Shown piece after piece: positions 10,294 to 20,600 of a stretch of 64,000 bases of DNA. The notes beneath the pieces are model-generated. The model saw only the letters and a list, made by a program, of their open reading frames with translations, was not told where the DNA came from and searched no databases. Position 1 is the first letter of the stretch, and each line of letters opens with the position of its first letter. The stretch spans positions 10,370 through 74,369 of the forward strand of contig JBBIPL010000002.1 in NCBI GenBank assembly GCA_037442845.1, written 5' to 3'. Origin of the DNA: Hydrogenophilales bacterium. Its GTDB lineage: Bacteria > Pseudomonadota > Gammaproteobacteria > Burkholderiales > Thiobacillaceae. The position numbers and the translations under genes were made by a program.

Positions 10294-11730
10294 CTAGTCC
10301 TTGCCCACTTTCAGCAAGGATAGTCCCTTCAGCAGGATGAGGGCCTGGTTGAACTGGTAGTCGTGCTTGCTCACCACCTCTCCCGGTTCCGGACGCGCGC
10401 CGCCATCCTTTTTCACACCAAGCTTGTCGGCCTTGTCTTCGGCGGGTTCGGCTGACGGCGTGTCGCCCTGGCCGTTGGACAGATGCTTGTCCAGATCGGC
10501 CTCGCGCACCTCCAGCTTGGCGCCGTCGGTGGGGGAGATGGTGGCTTCTTCCACGACGATGTCGGGAACGATGCCCTTGGCCTGGATGCTGCGGCCGTTC
10601 GGGGTGTAATAGCGCGCCGTGGTGAGCTTGACGGCGGTGCCGTTGTTGAGCGGCAGGATGGTCTGCACGGAGCCCTTGCCGAAGGTCTGCGTGCCCACCA
10701 CCAGGGCGCGCCGGTGGTCCTGCAGGGCGCCGGCGACGATTTCCGAGGCGGAGGCGGAGCCGCCGTTGACCAGCACCACCACGGGCACGGTCTTGACCCA
10801 GGCCGGCAGGCTCTTGAGGTAATCGCTCTCGGTGGGGCGCAGGTAGTTCTCGCGGTTGTTGGTGAGGCGCATTTTTGCGTCCTCGGCGCGGCCGTCGGTG
10901 TAGACCACCAGTTCACCCGGCTTGAGGAAGGCGCCGGCCACTCCCACGGCGGCATTCAGCAGGCCGCCCGGGTCGTTGCGCAGGTCGAGCACCAGACCCT
11001 TGAGGGCGGCGCCCTTGTTTTGTCCCTGCAACTCCTTCAGCGCCGAGACCAGGTTCTCGCCGGTATGCTCCTGGAACTGGGAGATGCGCACATAGCCGAA
11101 ATCGGGTTCCACCAGCTTGTGCCGCACGCTCTTGATCTTGATGATCGCGCGCGTCAGGGTGATGGTCAGGGGCTTGGCCTCGCCCTTGCGCACCACGGTC
11201 AGCGTGATGTCGGTGCCGGGCTTGCCGCGCATCTTCTTGACCGCGTCGCCCAGGGTCAGGCCCTTCACCGGCGTATCGTCGAGCTTGATGACGAGGTCGC
11301 CGCTCTTGATGCCGGCGCGGAAAGCGGGCGTGTCGTCGATGGGCGCCACCACCTTGACGAAGCCGTCCTCCATGCTGACTTCGATGCCCAGTCCGCCGAA
11401 CTCGCCCTGGGTACCGACCTGGAGTTCCTTGAAGGCCTCGCTGTCCAGGTAGGCGGAATGGGGGTCCAGACCCGAGAGCATGCCGTTGATGGCCTCGGTG
11501 ATGAGCTTCTTGTCCTCCACCGGCTCGACATAGTCGCTCTTGATCTTGCCGAAGATCTCGCTGAAGGCGCGCAGATCCTCGATGGGCAGCGGCTGCGGTT
11601 CGCGGTTGGCGACCGCCGAATAGTTCAGGGTCAGCCCGGCGCCCAGCAGGATGCCGACAGCGACCAGTCCGATTTGTTTGAATTTGCTTGTCATACCGCC
11701 TCTAGATGCCGCGGATCGCTCCGAGTTCAA
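10294..11730 (-). CDS. ctpA: Carboxy-terminal processing peptidase, family S41
   Basis: PDZ region (GLGIEVSMEDGFVKVVAPIDDTPAFRAGIKSGD), catalytic region VLVNGGSASASEIVAGALQD...GTQTFGKGSVQ. An alternative start lies at 11694 (MTSKFKQIGLVAV...). Confidence 0.93.
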   Translation of the reverse strand: MNSERSAASRGGMTSKFKQIGLVAVGILLGAGLTLNYSAVANREPQPLPIEDLRAFSEIFGKIKSDYVEPVEDKKLITEAINGMLSGLDPHSAYLDSEAFKELQVGTQGEFGGLGIEVSMEDGFVKVVAPIDDTPAFRAGIKSGDLVIKLDDTPVKGLTLGDAVKKMRGKPGTDITLTVVRKGEAKPLTITLTRAIIKIKSVRHKLVEPDFGYVRISQFQEHTGENLVSALKELQGQNKGAALKGLVLDLRNDPGGLLNAAVGVAGAFLKPGELVVYTDGRAEDAKMRLTNNRENYLRPTESDYLKSLPAWVKTVPVVVLVNGGSASASEIVAGALQDHRRALVVGTQTFGKGSVQTILPLNNGTAVKLTTARYYTPNGRSIQAKGIVPDIVVEEATISPTDGAKLEVREADLDKHLSNGQGDTPSAEPAEDKADKLGVKKDGGARPEPGEVVSKHDYQFNQALILLKGLSLLKVGKD

Positions 11731-12896
11731 CGGACCCAGGTGAGAGGGTCGAAAGGTTTGCCCTGGTGGCGCAGTTCGAAATAGAGGCCGGGTTCATCCT
11801 GACCCCCCGTGGCGCCCACCGCGGCCACCACGTCGCCCGCGCGCACGGACTCGCCCGGCAGTTTATACAAGCTTTCATTATTACTGTATAGGCTGAGGTA
11901 GCCGGCGCCATGATCGACGATGAGCAGGTTGCCGAAGCCGCGCAGCCAGTCGGCGAAGGCGACCTGGCCGCTGCCCACGGCGCGCACCTCCTGGCCCTGG
12001 CGCGCGCGGATGAATAGGCCTTTCCAGGCGGGGCCGCCGCCCTCGCGGCCCTGCCCGAACTTGTGGCGGATTTCCCCGGCCACAGGCAAGGCCAGCCTGC
12101 CGCGCAGGCGCGCGAAATCCAGGCCGGCGAGGCTCGCATCCGCCACGCGTTCCACCTTCTGGCCGGGCTTGGCGGCGGCTGGGCGGGCGGGCGTGATTTT
12201 CGCCAGCCGGGCGATGAGGGTGGCCAGGCGTTTTTCGTCGCGCGCCAGAGTGTCGATTTCCCTGCGCTGCTTGCGAATCTGCTCGGAGAGTTGGTAGAGC
12301 ACCTGCTGGCGCTCGCCCTTCTCCGCCTCGAGGGTCTTGCGTTGCGCCACCTTGTCCCGCTGCACCCGTGTCAGGTCGTCGTTCTGCTGCCGGGTTTTCT
12401 CGTGCAGGCCACGCAAGCGGGCCAGGGACTCGCGATGCGCGCGGATGAGATCCGCCCGGGCGCGGCCGATGTAGCCGTAATACTCGAGATTACGCGCCAC
12501 CTCGGACGGGTTCTGGCCGTTCAGCAGGAGTTTCATGGCATCGCCGCCGCCTTGCATGTAGCGTTCGCGCAGGAGTTCGGCGAGGCGTTTCTGCTGCTCG
12601 GCGATCTCTCGCTGGGTCGCGCGGGTGTCCTCGTTGAGTTGCCGCAAATCGCGGGAAAGCCGGCGTTTGCGCAGTTCCAGATCACGCAGGCCGCGGTTTA
12701 TGTCGGAGATGCGCCGTTCTGATTTCTTCAGCGCGTCGGAGACCTCGGAACGGTCCTCGCGGGCTTGCTCCATTTCTTTCTGCAGGGCCTGGATGCGGCC
12801 GCGCAGTTCCTTCAGCTCCTGCTGTTTGCCGCTGTCAGGGGAGGCCGCCGCCGCCGAAGCGAACAGGGCCAGCAGCGAAACCAGCAGCGCGCGCAC
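11727..12896 (-). CDS. envC: Murein hydrolase activator EnvC-like (coiled coil + M23/LytM domain)
   Basis: Signal peptide, a long heptad-rich region, and a C-terminal M23-like region (GLFIRARQGQEVRAVGSGQVAFADWLRGFGNLLIVDHG...LYFELRHQGKPFDP). Conserved gpmI-envC-ctpA order. Confidence 0.88.
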   Translation of the reverse strand: MRALLVSLLALFASAAAASPDSGKQQELKELRGRIQALQKEMEQAREDRSEVSDALKKSERRISDINRGLRDLELRKRRLSRDLRQLNEDTRATQREIAEQQKRLAELLRERYMQGGGDAMKLLLNGQNPSEVARNLEYYGYIGRARADLIRAHRESLARLRGLHEKTRQQNDDLTRVQRDKVAQRKTLEAEKGERQQVLYQLSEQIRKQRREIDTLARDEKRLATLIARLAKITPARPAAAKPGQKVERVADASLAGLDFARLRGRLALPVAGEIRHKFGQGREGGGPAWKGLFIRARQGQEVRAVGSGQVAFADWLRGFGNLLIVDHGAGYLSLYSNNESLYKLPGESVRAGDVVAAVGATGGQDEPGLYFELRHQGKPFDPLTWVR

Positions 12897-12913
12897 GGGG
12901 ACGGCCGGATCGG

Positions 12914-14476
12914 TCAGTCCGGCGAATGCCTGAAGCGGATGAGCGGGCGGCCGCTCATTTCCGGCGGCTGCGGCAGGCCCATCATCCTCAGCAGGGTGGG
13001 GGCGATGTCTTCCAGGGCGCCGCTGTCCAGCATGTCGGCGGCGCGGCCGATGTAGACGAAGGGCACCAGATTGGTGGTGTGCGCCGTGTGGGGCTGCTTG
13101 GTGAGCGGATCCAGCATGGTTTCCGCATTGCCATGGTCGGCGGTGATCAGCACTTCCCCGCCCGTCGACTGCATGGCCTCGACCGCCCGGCCGATGCAGA
13201 CGTCCACCGCTTCCACCGCCTGGATGGCGGCCTCCAGGATGCCGGTGTGGCCGACCATGTCGGTATTGGCGAAGTTGCAGATGATGGCGTCGTATTTACG
13301 GCTGAGTATGGCCTCGACCAGCTTGTCGGTGACTTCGAAGGCGCTCATTTCCGGCTTCAGGTCATAGGTGGCGACCGGCGGCGATTTCACCATGATGCGG
13401 TCTTCGCCCGTATAGACGGTTTCCTCGCCGCCGTTGAAGAAATAGGTGACGTGCGGATATTTCTCGGTTTCGGCGATGCGCAACTGGCGCAGGCCGAGGT
13501 TGGCGATGTATTCGCCGAAGCCGTTGCGCACCCGGTCCGGCGGGAAGGCCACCGGCAGGTCGAATTCCTCGCTGAAGCTGGTGAGCGTGCAGTAGCGACA
13601 GAGTCGCGGCACATATTCCCGCTCGAACTCGGCGAAATCCGGTGCCGTGAAGGCCCGCGTCAGCTGGCGCGCGCGGTCGGAACGGAAGTTCATGAACACC
13701 ACGGCGTCGCCGTCGCGCATGCGCGGAGGCGCCTCGCCGGCCGGTGTGATGACCGTGGGTTTGACGAATTCGTCGGTCTCACCGCGGGCATAGGCCATTT
13801 CCAGGCCCAGATTGGCGGAAGGCGCGCTGAACTCGGCGCGGCCCAGAGTCAACAGATCGTAGGCGAGCTTGACCCGCGGCCAGCGGCGGTCGCGATCCAT
13901 GGCGTAGTAGCGGCCGACGATGGAGGCGATGCGGCCCACGCCGAGGCCGTCGACCTTGTCCTGCAAACAACGCAGGTAGGCTTCCGCGCTTTTCGGCGGT
14001 GTATCCCGACCGTCCAGGAAGGCGTGCACGTACACATTGCGCAGACCGGCCTGCGCCGCCATGCCGAGCATGGCGTGGATGTGGTTCTCATGGCTGTGCA
14101 CGCCGCCGTCGGACAACAGGCCGAAGAGGTGCAGGGTGGAGTCGCGCCGCTTGACCTGATCGATGACGTCGAGCAGCGTCATGTTGCCGGCGAAATGGCC
14201 TTCCTGGATGGCGCGGTCGATGCGCGTGAATTCCTGGTACACCACGCGACCCGCGCCGATGTTGAGGTGTCCCACCTCGGAGTTGCCCATTTGTCCGGCG
14301 GGCAGGCCGACCGCCGCTTCCGAGGCATGGATCAGGGTATGCGGATAGGTGTTCCACAACCGGTCCCAGTTCGGCTTGCGGGCCAGGGCGATGGCGTTGT
14401 GGTGGTCGGCCTCGCGGCAGCCGAAGCCGTCTAGAATGAGGAGCAGAACGGGCTTGACGGCGGGATGATTTGGCAT
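12914..14476 (-). CDS. gpmI: 2,3-bisphosphoglycerate-independent phosphoglycerate mutase
   Basis: MPNHPAVKPVLLLILDGFG..., NSEVGHLNIGAGR, ADHGNAE. Confidence 0.96.
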   Translation of the reverse strand: MPNHPAVKPVLLLILDGFGCREADHHNAIALARKPNWDRLWNTYPHTLIHASEAAVGLPAGQMGNSEVGHLNIGAGRVVYQEFTRIDRAIQEGHFAGNMTLLDVIDQVKRRDSTLHLFGLLSDGGVHSHENHIHAMLGMAAQAGLRNVYVHAFLDGRDTPPKSAEAYLRCLQDKVDGLGVGRIASIVGRYYAMDRDRRWPRVKLAYDLLTLGRAEFSAPSANLGLEMAYARGETDEFVKPTVITPAGEAPPRMRDGDAVVFMNFRSDRARQLTRAFTAPDFAEFEREYVPRLCRYCTLTSFSEEFDLPVAFPPDRVRNGFGEYIANLGLRQLRIAETEKYPHVTYFFNGGEETVYTGEDRIMVKSPPVATYDLKPEMSAFEVTDKLVEAILSRKYDAIICNFANTDMVGHTGILEAAIQAVEAVDVCIGRAVEAMQSTGGEVLITADHGNAETMLDPLTKQPHTAHTTNLVPFVYIGRAADMLDSGALEDIAPTLLRMMGLPQPPEMSGRPLIRFRHSPD

Positions 14477-14527
14477 CGGTCTATTTTATCTTTATTCAGG
14501 ACGTAAATTTCGCTCGGTATTTTAGTA

Positions 14528-14560
14528 TATTTGAATACTGTAGGGGTATACTCGCGCGAG
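14528..14560. promoter_or_regulatory. AT-rich palindromic candidate operator/promoter upstream of the ArsR-family gene
   Basis: TTAGTATATTTGAATACTGTAGGGGTATACT contains AGTAT-atttga-ATACT and AGTATA...TATACT inverted repeats. It lies in a sharply AT-rich patch of the gpmI/arsR divergent spacer. Confidence 0.3.
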
Positions 14561-14627
14561 CGGATCGTGACGCAAGGCGCCCGGCCGCCGGCCCTGGCAC
14601 AACATTATTTGGCGGTACGGAGACAGC

Positions 14628-14942
14628 ATGACCGAGTCCATTGAACTCATCGACAAGGACGAACACATCGAGCAGGCGTCGCGGGCCCTGAAGGCCATGT
14701 CGCACCCCCTGCGGCTGAAGATACTCTGCGTGCTCGGGGACAAGGAGGTGAGCGTGCAGGACATCGTCGAGAATGTCGGCACCTCCCAGAGCAACATCTC
14801 ACAGCATCTCGCCATCCTGCGCGACAAGGGGGTGCTGCGTACGCGCAAGGACGCGAACCGTGTCTATTACCGCGTGGGCGATACCCGTACCCTGCAACTC
14901 ATAGGCATGATGCGCGACGTTTTCTGCGCCTTTGCCAAATAA
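14628..14942 (+). CDS. ArsR/SmtB-family transcriptional regulator with two Cys (C34, C100)
   Basis: HPLRLKILCVLGDKEVSVQDIVENVGTSQSNISQHLAILRDKGVLRTRKDANRVYYRV is a winged HTH. It lacks the ELCVCDL As(III) site. Its only cysteines are C34 and C100. Confidence 0.9.
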   Translation: MTESIELIDKDEHIEQASRALKAMSHPLRLKILCVLGDKEVSVQDIVENVGTSQSNISQHLAILRDKGVLRTRKDANRVYYRVGDTRTLQLIGMMRDVFCAFAK

Positions 14943-14974
14943 GCCGCTGCTTTAACAGACATCAACTCCCGAGC

Positions 14975-15001
14975 GCCGGCGCACGCAAGGTGCGCCGGAG
15001 G
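14975..15001 (+). terminator. Stem-loop after the ArsR-family gene
   Basis: CCGGCGCAC-gcaag-GTGCGCCGG (9 bp stem). No U-tract, so it may only attenuate. Confidence 0.3.
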
Positions 15002-15105
15002 CGCCCTGTCGGTATCCGATGACCGGCCGGAGAGGGTCTCCCCCCCTGCAGATGGCCTGCGCATGTTGCGGATTTTCCCCTGAAGCGAGGCTATACAATA
15101 TCCAG

Positions 15106-15120
15106 TGGCACTTACCTTGC
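15106..15120 (+). promoter_or_regulatory. Candidate sigma-54 (-24/-12) promoter for the RND operon
   Basis: TGGCAC-ttacc-TTGC matches TGGCAC-N5-TTGC exactly, about 83 nt upstream of the TolC-like ATG and in the correct orientation. A TATAAT hexamer also lies at 15138-15143 inside an AT-rich patch. Confidence 0.45.
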
Positions 15121-15202
15121 CATAAGTTAATTTTATCTATAATATTAGCGTCCTCTAATACTTCGGTGCCCGCCCCTTGGGTCGGCATGCAAAAGGTGTG
15201 AT

Positions 15203-16543
15203 ATGTGGATTGCACGATCGAGCGGCAACATACTCGCCATCAGTCTGACCCTGGCCTGGGGCGCGGCGACTGCGGAAACCCTGACTTTGCGCCAGGCGGT
15301 GGAGGCCGCGTTAACCGGCAACCCGGACATGGCGGCCAGCCAGGCGCGGGTGGCGCAGGCCGAGGCGGGAACACGCCAGGTCGACGGCTCGCGTCTGCCG
15401 CGCGTCACCGTTTCCCTCCATGCCACGCAGACCAACGACCCCCTCGCCGCTTTTGGCCTGAGGCTGGGGCAGGAACGGATCAAGGCGGCGGATTTCAATC
15501 CGGCGACGCTGAACGACCCTTCGTCAATAAGCAATTTCAATAGTCGTGTCGAGGTCACCGCGCCCGTCTACAGCGGCGGCCAGATCAGCGCCCGTCGGGA
15601 TGAGGCCCGCGCCTACGCCCGCGCTGCCCGCGACGGCGATCTGGCGGCGCGGCAGAACGTGTTGCTGAACGTGCTGGAGGCCTATCAGGGCGTGCATCTG
15701 GCCCGCGCCAACCTGCGCGTCAGCGAAAAGGCGCTGGCGGCCGCGACCGAATACGCGCGCGCCGCCGGCAATCTGCACAAGCAGGGCATGGCGGTGCGCA
15801 GCGACGTGCTGTCGGCGCGGGTGAATCTGGAGAATGCCCGGCTGCGCGTCAGCGAAGCCCGGCGCCATGAGGCCACCGCCCTGGACCGCCTGAAGCTGCT
15901 GATGGGCCGCGGTCTCGCCGAGACGGTCGATGTGGGTGACGAAGCGCGGCTCAAGCTGCCGGAGGGGGGCCTGGAGTCGTTGCGCGAGCAGGCCCTGGCC
16001 ACGCATCCCGGCTTGCGCGCCTTGCGCGCCCAGGTCGAGGCGGCGCAGGCCGCGACACTGGCCGCGCGCGGCGCCAAGCTGCCGCAGGTCAACGTCATGG
16101 CCCGCCAGGACTGGAATGACGAAAATCTAGGCTTCGATGCCTCGTCCTACACCCTGGGCGGCAGCCTGTCCTGGAATCTGTTCGACGGCGGCGCCAACAA
16201 CGCGGCCATCGACCGTGCCCAGGCGGCGCGCATGGAGCAGGTCGCGCGCCTGCGCCAGGCCGAGGCTGGCGTCATCTTCGGCCTGACCGAGGCGCGCCGC
16301 CGCGCGCTGGAGGCCGAAGAGCGTCTGGCGGCGCGCGAGGAGGCGACGAGGGAGGCCGAGGAGGTACAGCGCCTGACCAAGCTGCGCTACGAGAACGGCG
16401 TCACCACCCTGGTCGACCTGCTTTCCGCGCAGACGCTGCTCGACCGGGCCCGCGTCGACCTGGCCAGCGCCCGCTTCGACCTTTCGGTGAGCCGCGGGCA
16501 GGTGCTGCACGCCGCCGGCCTGCTGGATTTAGACCAACTTTGA
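15203..16543 (+). CDS. TolC-family outer membrane efflux protein
   Basis: Signal peptide, then two repeats of the OEP pattern (TLRQAVEAALTGNPD..., ...LLSAQTLLDRARVDLASARFD). Confidence 0.88.
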   Translation: MWIARSSGNILAISLTLAWGAATAETLTLRQAVEAALTGNPDMAASQARVAQAEAGTRQVDGSRLPRVTVSLHATQTNDPLAAFGLRLGQERIKAADFNPATLNDPSSISNFNSRVEVTAPVYSGGQISARRDEARAYARAARDGDLAARQNVLLNVLEAYQGVHLARANLRVSEKALAAATEYARAAGNLHKQGMAVRSDVLSARVNLENARLRVSEARRHEATALDRLKLLMGRGLAETVDVGDEARLKLPEGGLESLREQALATHPGLRALRAQVEAAQAATLAARGAKLPQVNVMARQDWNDENLGFDASSYTLGGSLSWNLFDGGANNAAIDRAQAARMEQVARLRQAEAGVIFGLTEARRRALEAEERLAAREEATREAEEVQRLTKLRYENGVTTLVDLLSAQTLLDRARVDLASARFDLSVSRGQVLHAAGLLDLDQL

Positions 16544-16556
16544 TGGGGATCGGACC

Positions 16557-17618
16557 ATGTTGAAACAATTGCCCATTTCCCTGTTTATCGCCGCGCTCCT
16601 CGCCGGCTGCGGCAAGCAGGACCCGGCCTCCGGCCAGGCTGCCGCGCCGCGCGTCGTACCGGTAGAAATCGCGCCGGCATCGCTCCTGCGTGTCGCCGCC
16701 TATCAGCCCGCGCCCGCCACGCTGGTGGCGGAACAGCAGGTGCAGGTGGCTTCCCGCCTGATGGGCTACATCCGTTCCATCGACGTGGCGGAAGGACAGA
16801 GGGTGACGGTCGGGCAGCGCCTGTTCAGCGTCGATCCCGTCGATCTGCAGGGCCAGGTCGAGCAGTCCCGCGCCGGCGTCAAGCAGGCCGAGGACGCGCT
16901 GGCCGACGCCAGGCTGGAGTACAAGCGCTTCGAGGCCCTGTACAAGGAAGAGGCGGTCACTCGCCAGCAGTTCGAGAAGATGAAGCTGCAGCACGACATC
17001 GCCGAATCCCGCCTGAACCAGGCCCGCGCCGGGCTTGATACCGCCACCGGCCAGTTGCGCTACGCCAGCGTCACCTCGCCCATCGCTGGCGTGGTCACGC
17101 GCAAGCTGGCGCACGCCGGCGATCTGGCGGCGCCCGGACGTCCGGTGCTGGTGGTGGAGAATCCCGGCCGCCTGCAGGTGGAAACCCAGGCGCCCGAAGC
17201 GGTGCTGGGCGGTCTCAAGCCTGGCGCGCAGATTCTGGTCGAGGTGGAGGGCCGGGAGCGCCCGCTGTCCGCCCGCCTGGCGCGCGTGTCGCCCGCCGCC
17301 GATCCGGTCACCCGCACCTTCCTGGTCAAGCTCGACATCGACGGCGCCGGCCTGAAGAGCGGCCTATTCGCGCGCGCCCTGTTCCCCGCCGGCGAGCGCG
17401 AGGTGCTGACGGTGCCCGCCGCGGCTCTGGTGCGTCGGGCCGGCATCGAGGGCGTGTTCGTGGTCGGCGCCGACGGCATCGCGCGGTTCCGCATGGTGCG
17501 CGCCGGCGCCCGCCAGGACGGCGCGGTCGAGGTGCAGGCCGGGCTTGCCGCCGGCGAGCGCGTGGTCACCGGCGGCGCCCTAAAGCAGCTCGAATCCGGC
17601 GACAAGGCCGGCGCCTGA
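16557..17618 (+). CDS. RND efflux periplasmic adaptor (MFP/HlyD family), lipoprotein
   Basis: Lipobox LLAGC, a coiled-coil hairpin region, and a beta-barrel region (...YASVTSPIAGVVTRK...). Confidence 0.9.
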   Translation: MLKQLPISLFIAALLAGCGKQDPASGQAAAPRVVPVEIAPASLLRVAAYQPAPATLVAEQQVQVASRLMGYIRSIDVAEGQRVTVGQRLFSVDPVDLQGQVEQSRAGVKQAEDALADARLEYKRFEALYKEEAVTRQQFEKMKLQHDIAESRLNQARAGLDTATGQLRYASVTSPIAGVVTRKLAHAGDLAAPGRPVLVVENPGRLQVETQAPEAVLGGLKPGAQILVEVEGRERPLSARLARVSPAADPVTRTFLVKLDIDGAGLKSGLFARALFPAGEREVLTVPAAALVRRAGIEGVFVVGADGIARFRMVRAGARQDGAVEVQAGLAAGERVVTGGALKQLESGDKAGA

Positions 17619-17643
17619 GCGCCCGACGAGAGGGAAACGCGCC

Positions 17644-20600
17644 ATGTCCACGAACGGTTCGCAGATCAACATCGCCGGCAAGCTGGCCGAAACCTTCCTT
17701 GAATCCAAGATCACGCCCCTGGTCATCCTCGGCCTGTTCATGCTGGGGATGCTGGCGCTGGGCCTGACGCCGCGCGAGTACAACCCGCAGATCGTGGTAC
17801 CGGCGGCCAACATCGTCGTCAGCAAGCCAGGCGCCTCCGCCGAGGAGGTCAACAACCTGATCGTCAAGCCCTTGCAGGCGATCATGCACGCCCAGTCCGG
17901 CGTCGACCACAGCTACGGCTATGCCGCCAACGACTACGGCGTGGTCACCGTGCAGTTCGAGGTGGGCGAGGATCAGGAACAGAGCCTGGTGAAGCTGTAC
18001 AACCAGCTCGTGCAGAACATGGATCGCATCCCGCCCGGCGCCTTTGAACCCATCGTCAAACCGATCAACGTCGACGACGTGCCCATCCTGACCGTCACGC
18101 TGAGTTCGCGCGAGCACGACGACCGCGTCCTGCGCGAGATCGGCGCGCGCCTGCTGGAACACCTGCGCAACGCGCCGGGCGTGTCGTTCACCCAGCTCAT
18201 CGGCGGCCGCGCGCCGGCCCTCAACGTGTGGATCGATCCGCAGCGCGTGGCGGGCGCCGGCTTGAGCCTGGACCGCGTCGACCAGGCCCTGCGCGGCGCC
18301 AACGTGTCGGCGCCGCTGGGCGCGCTGACGCGCGACAACCGCGCGACGCCGCTGCGCCTGGACGGCTTCCTGGGCAGTGCCGAGGAGGTGGGCGCCATCG
18401 TCGTCGGCGTCTCCCAGGGCCGCCCGGTGTATTTGCGCGACATCGCGCGCGTCGAGCAGGGCGGCGCCGAGGTGGAAGAGGCGACCTGGATCGGTTTCGG
18501 TCCGGCCGCCGGCAAGGCCGGGGGCGCCGGCGCCTCGGCGGCGGTGACCCTGGCCATCGCCAAGAAGGCCGGCGCCAACGCGGTCGACGTCACCGCCGCC
18601 GTACTGGCCAAACTGGACGACCTGAAACGCCAGGCCATCCCCGAAGGCGTCGAGGTGAGCATCACGCGCGACGACGGCGAACGCGCCGACGCCGCCGTCG
18701 ACCTGCTGGTCGAACACCTGGGCATCGCCATCTTCACGGTGATCCTTTTGATGTGGTGGTTCCTCGGCTGGCGCGAGGCGGGCATCGTCACCCTGACCAT
18801 CCCGCTCATCCTCTTCATCGTCCTCGCGGTCGGCCTGGTGCTCGGCCAGACCATCAACCGCATCACCCTGTTCGCGCTGATCCTCGCCCTGGGCCTGCTG
18901 GTGGACGACTCCATCGTCGTCATCGAGAACATCCATCGCCACCTGCACCACGGCAAGGTGAAGATGGAGGAGTTCGGCAAGACCCTGGTCAACGCCACCA
19001 ACGAGATCGGCAACCCCACCAACGTCGCCACCCTGGCGGTGATCCTCGCTTTCATTCCGATGGCCTTCGTCACCGGCATGATGGGTCCCTTCATGCGCCC
19101 CATCCCCATCAACGTGCCGGTGGCCATGCTCGCCTCGCTGCTCATCGCCTACTCGGTGGTGCCCTGGGCTGCGCGCCGGGCGCTGCGCGGCAAAGCCCTG
19201 CGCGAGATGGAGAAGCGCGCAACCATGGAGGACCAAGGCCATGCCCAGGAGGACCCGCTGCGCCGCATGTATCTGGCGGTGGCGCGGCCGCTGATGGACA
19301 GCGCGGCCAAGCGCAACCTGTTCTTCCTGGTGGTGGTGATCCTGCTGATCGGCGCCATGCTCATGCCCGCCTGGCAGTTCGTCCGTCCCGCCGGCATGAA
19401 CGGCCCGCTGTCGCCGCTGGGCGTCGAGTTGAAGATGCTGCCCAACGACGACACCAACACCATGCTGCTAGAGATCGACATGCCGGCCGGCACCGCGCTG
19501 GCCGCCACCGACGGCGTCGCCCGCGCGGTCGGCGAGACGCTGGCGCGCCACGCCGAGGTGGCCGATTACCAGGCATTCGTCGGCATGGCGGCGCCCATCG
19601 ACTTCGCCGCCCTGGTGCGCGGCGACATGCTCAAACGCGGCGAGAATCTGGCGCAGATCCGCGTCAATCTGAGCGACAAGGGCGACCGCTCGCTGTCCTC
19701 GCACGACATCGCCGATGAGTTCCACGCGGCGCTGAGCGACGTGCGCGCGGCTTATCCGGAGGCGCGCATCAAGATCTACGAAACGCCGCCCGGCCCGCCG
19801 GTGCCCTCGCAGGTGCTGGCCGAATTGTACGGGCCCGACTACGACGCCTTGCGCGCCGCCGCCGGCGAGGTGCGCGCCGCCTTCGATCAGGTATACGGTC
19901 TGATCAACGTCGATGACAGCGTCACCGCCGACGTCCAGGGTTACCGCGTGCGCGTCGACGCCGAGAAGGCCATGCTCGCCGGCGTCGCCCCGGCGCAGGT
20001 GGCCAAGCTGCTGCGCGACTACGTGTCCGGCTTCAAGATCGGTACCCTGCACGCGGACGACGCGCGCGAACCGATCGACATCAGCGTGCGCCTGCCGCGC
20101 GAACAGCGCGCCGACCCGGACAGCCTGCTCAGCCTGCGCGTCGCCAACGCGCAGGGGGCGCAGATTCCGTTGTCGGCCATCGCGACGGTGGAACGGCAAA
20201 CGGAAACGAAGCCGATCCACGCACGCGACCTGCACGCCAACGTCATGGTCGGCGGCGAGATGCTGAAATCCAGCCCGGTCTACGCGGTCCTCGCGCTCGA
20301 CCAGATGCTGGACGGCAAGCCCCTGCCCGGCGGCGTCACCTTCACCACCGGCAACCTCGGCTTCACCGAGGCGCAGCCCAAGGATGTGGTGGACTACACC
20401 CTGCTGTGGGGCGGCGAGATGCGCCTCACCTTGGACGTGTTCCGCGACCTGGGTTCGGCCTTCATCGTCGCCCTGGTGCTGATCTACCTGACGCTTACCG
20501 CCTACTACAAGTCGTTCATGCTGCCGATCATCGTCATGGGCGCCATTCCGCTCACCCTGGTCGGCGTGTTCCCCGGCCACTGGGCGATGGGCCAGGCCTT

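Noticed and set aside
14604-14621. TGGCACaacatTATTT just upstream of the ArsR-family gene as a second sigma-54 promoter.
   Set aside because: The -12 element (TTGC) is absent, and the site ends only ~7 nt before the ATG, leaving no room for a leader or SD.
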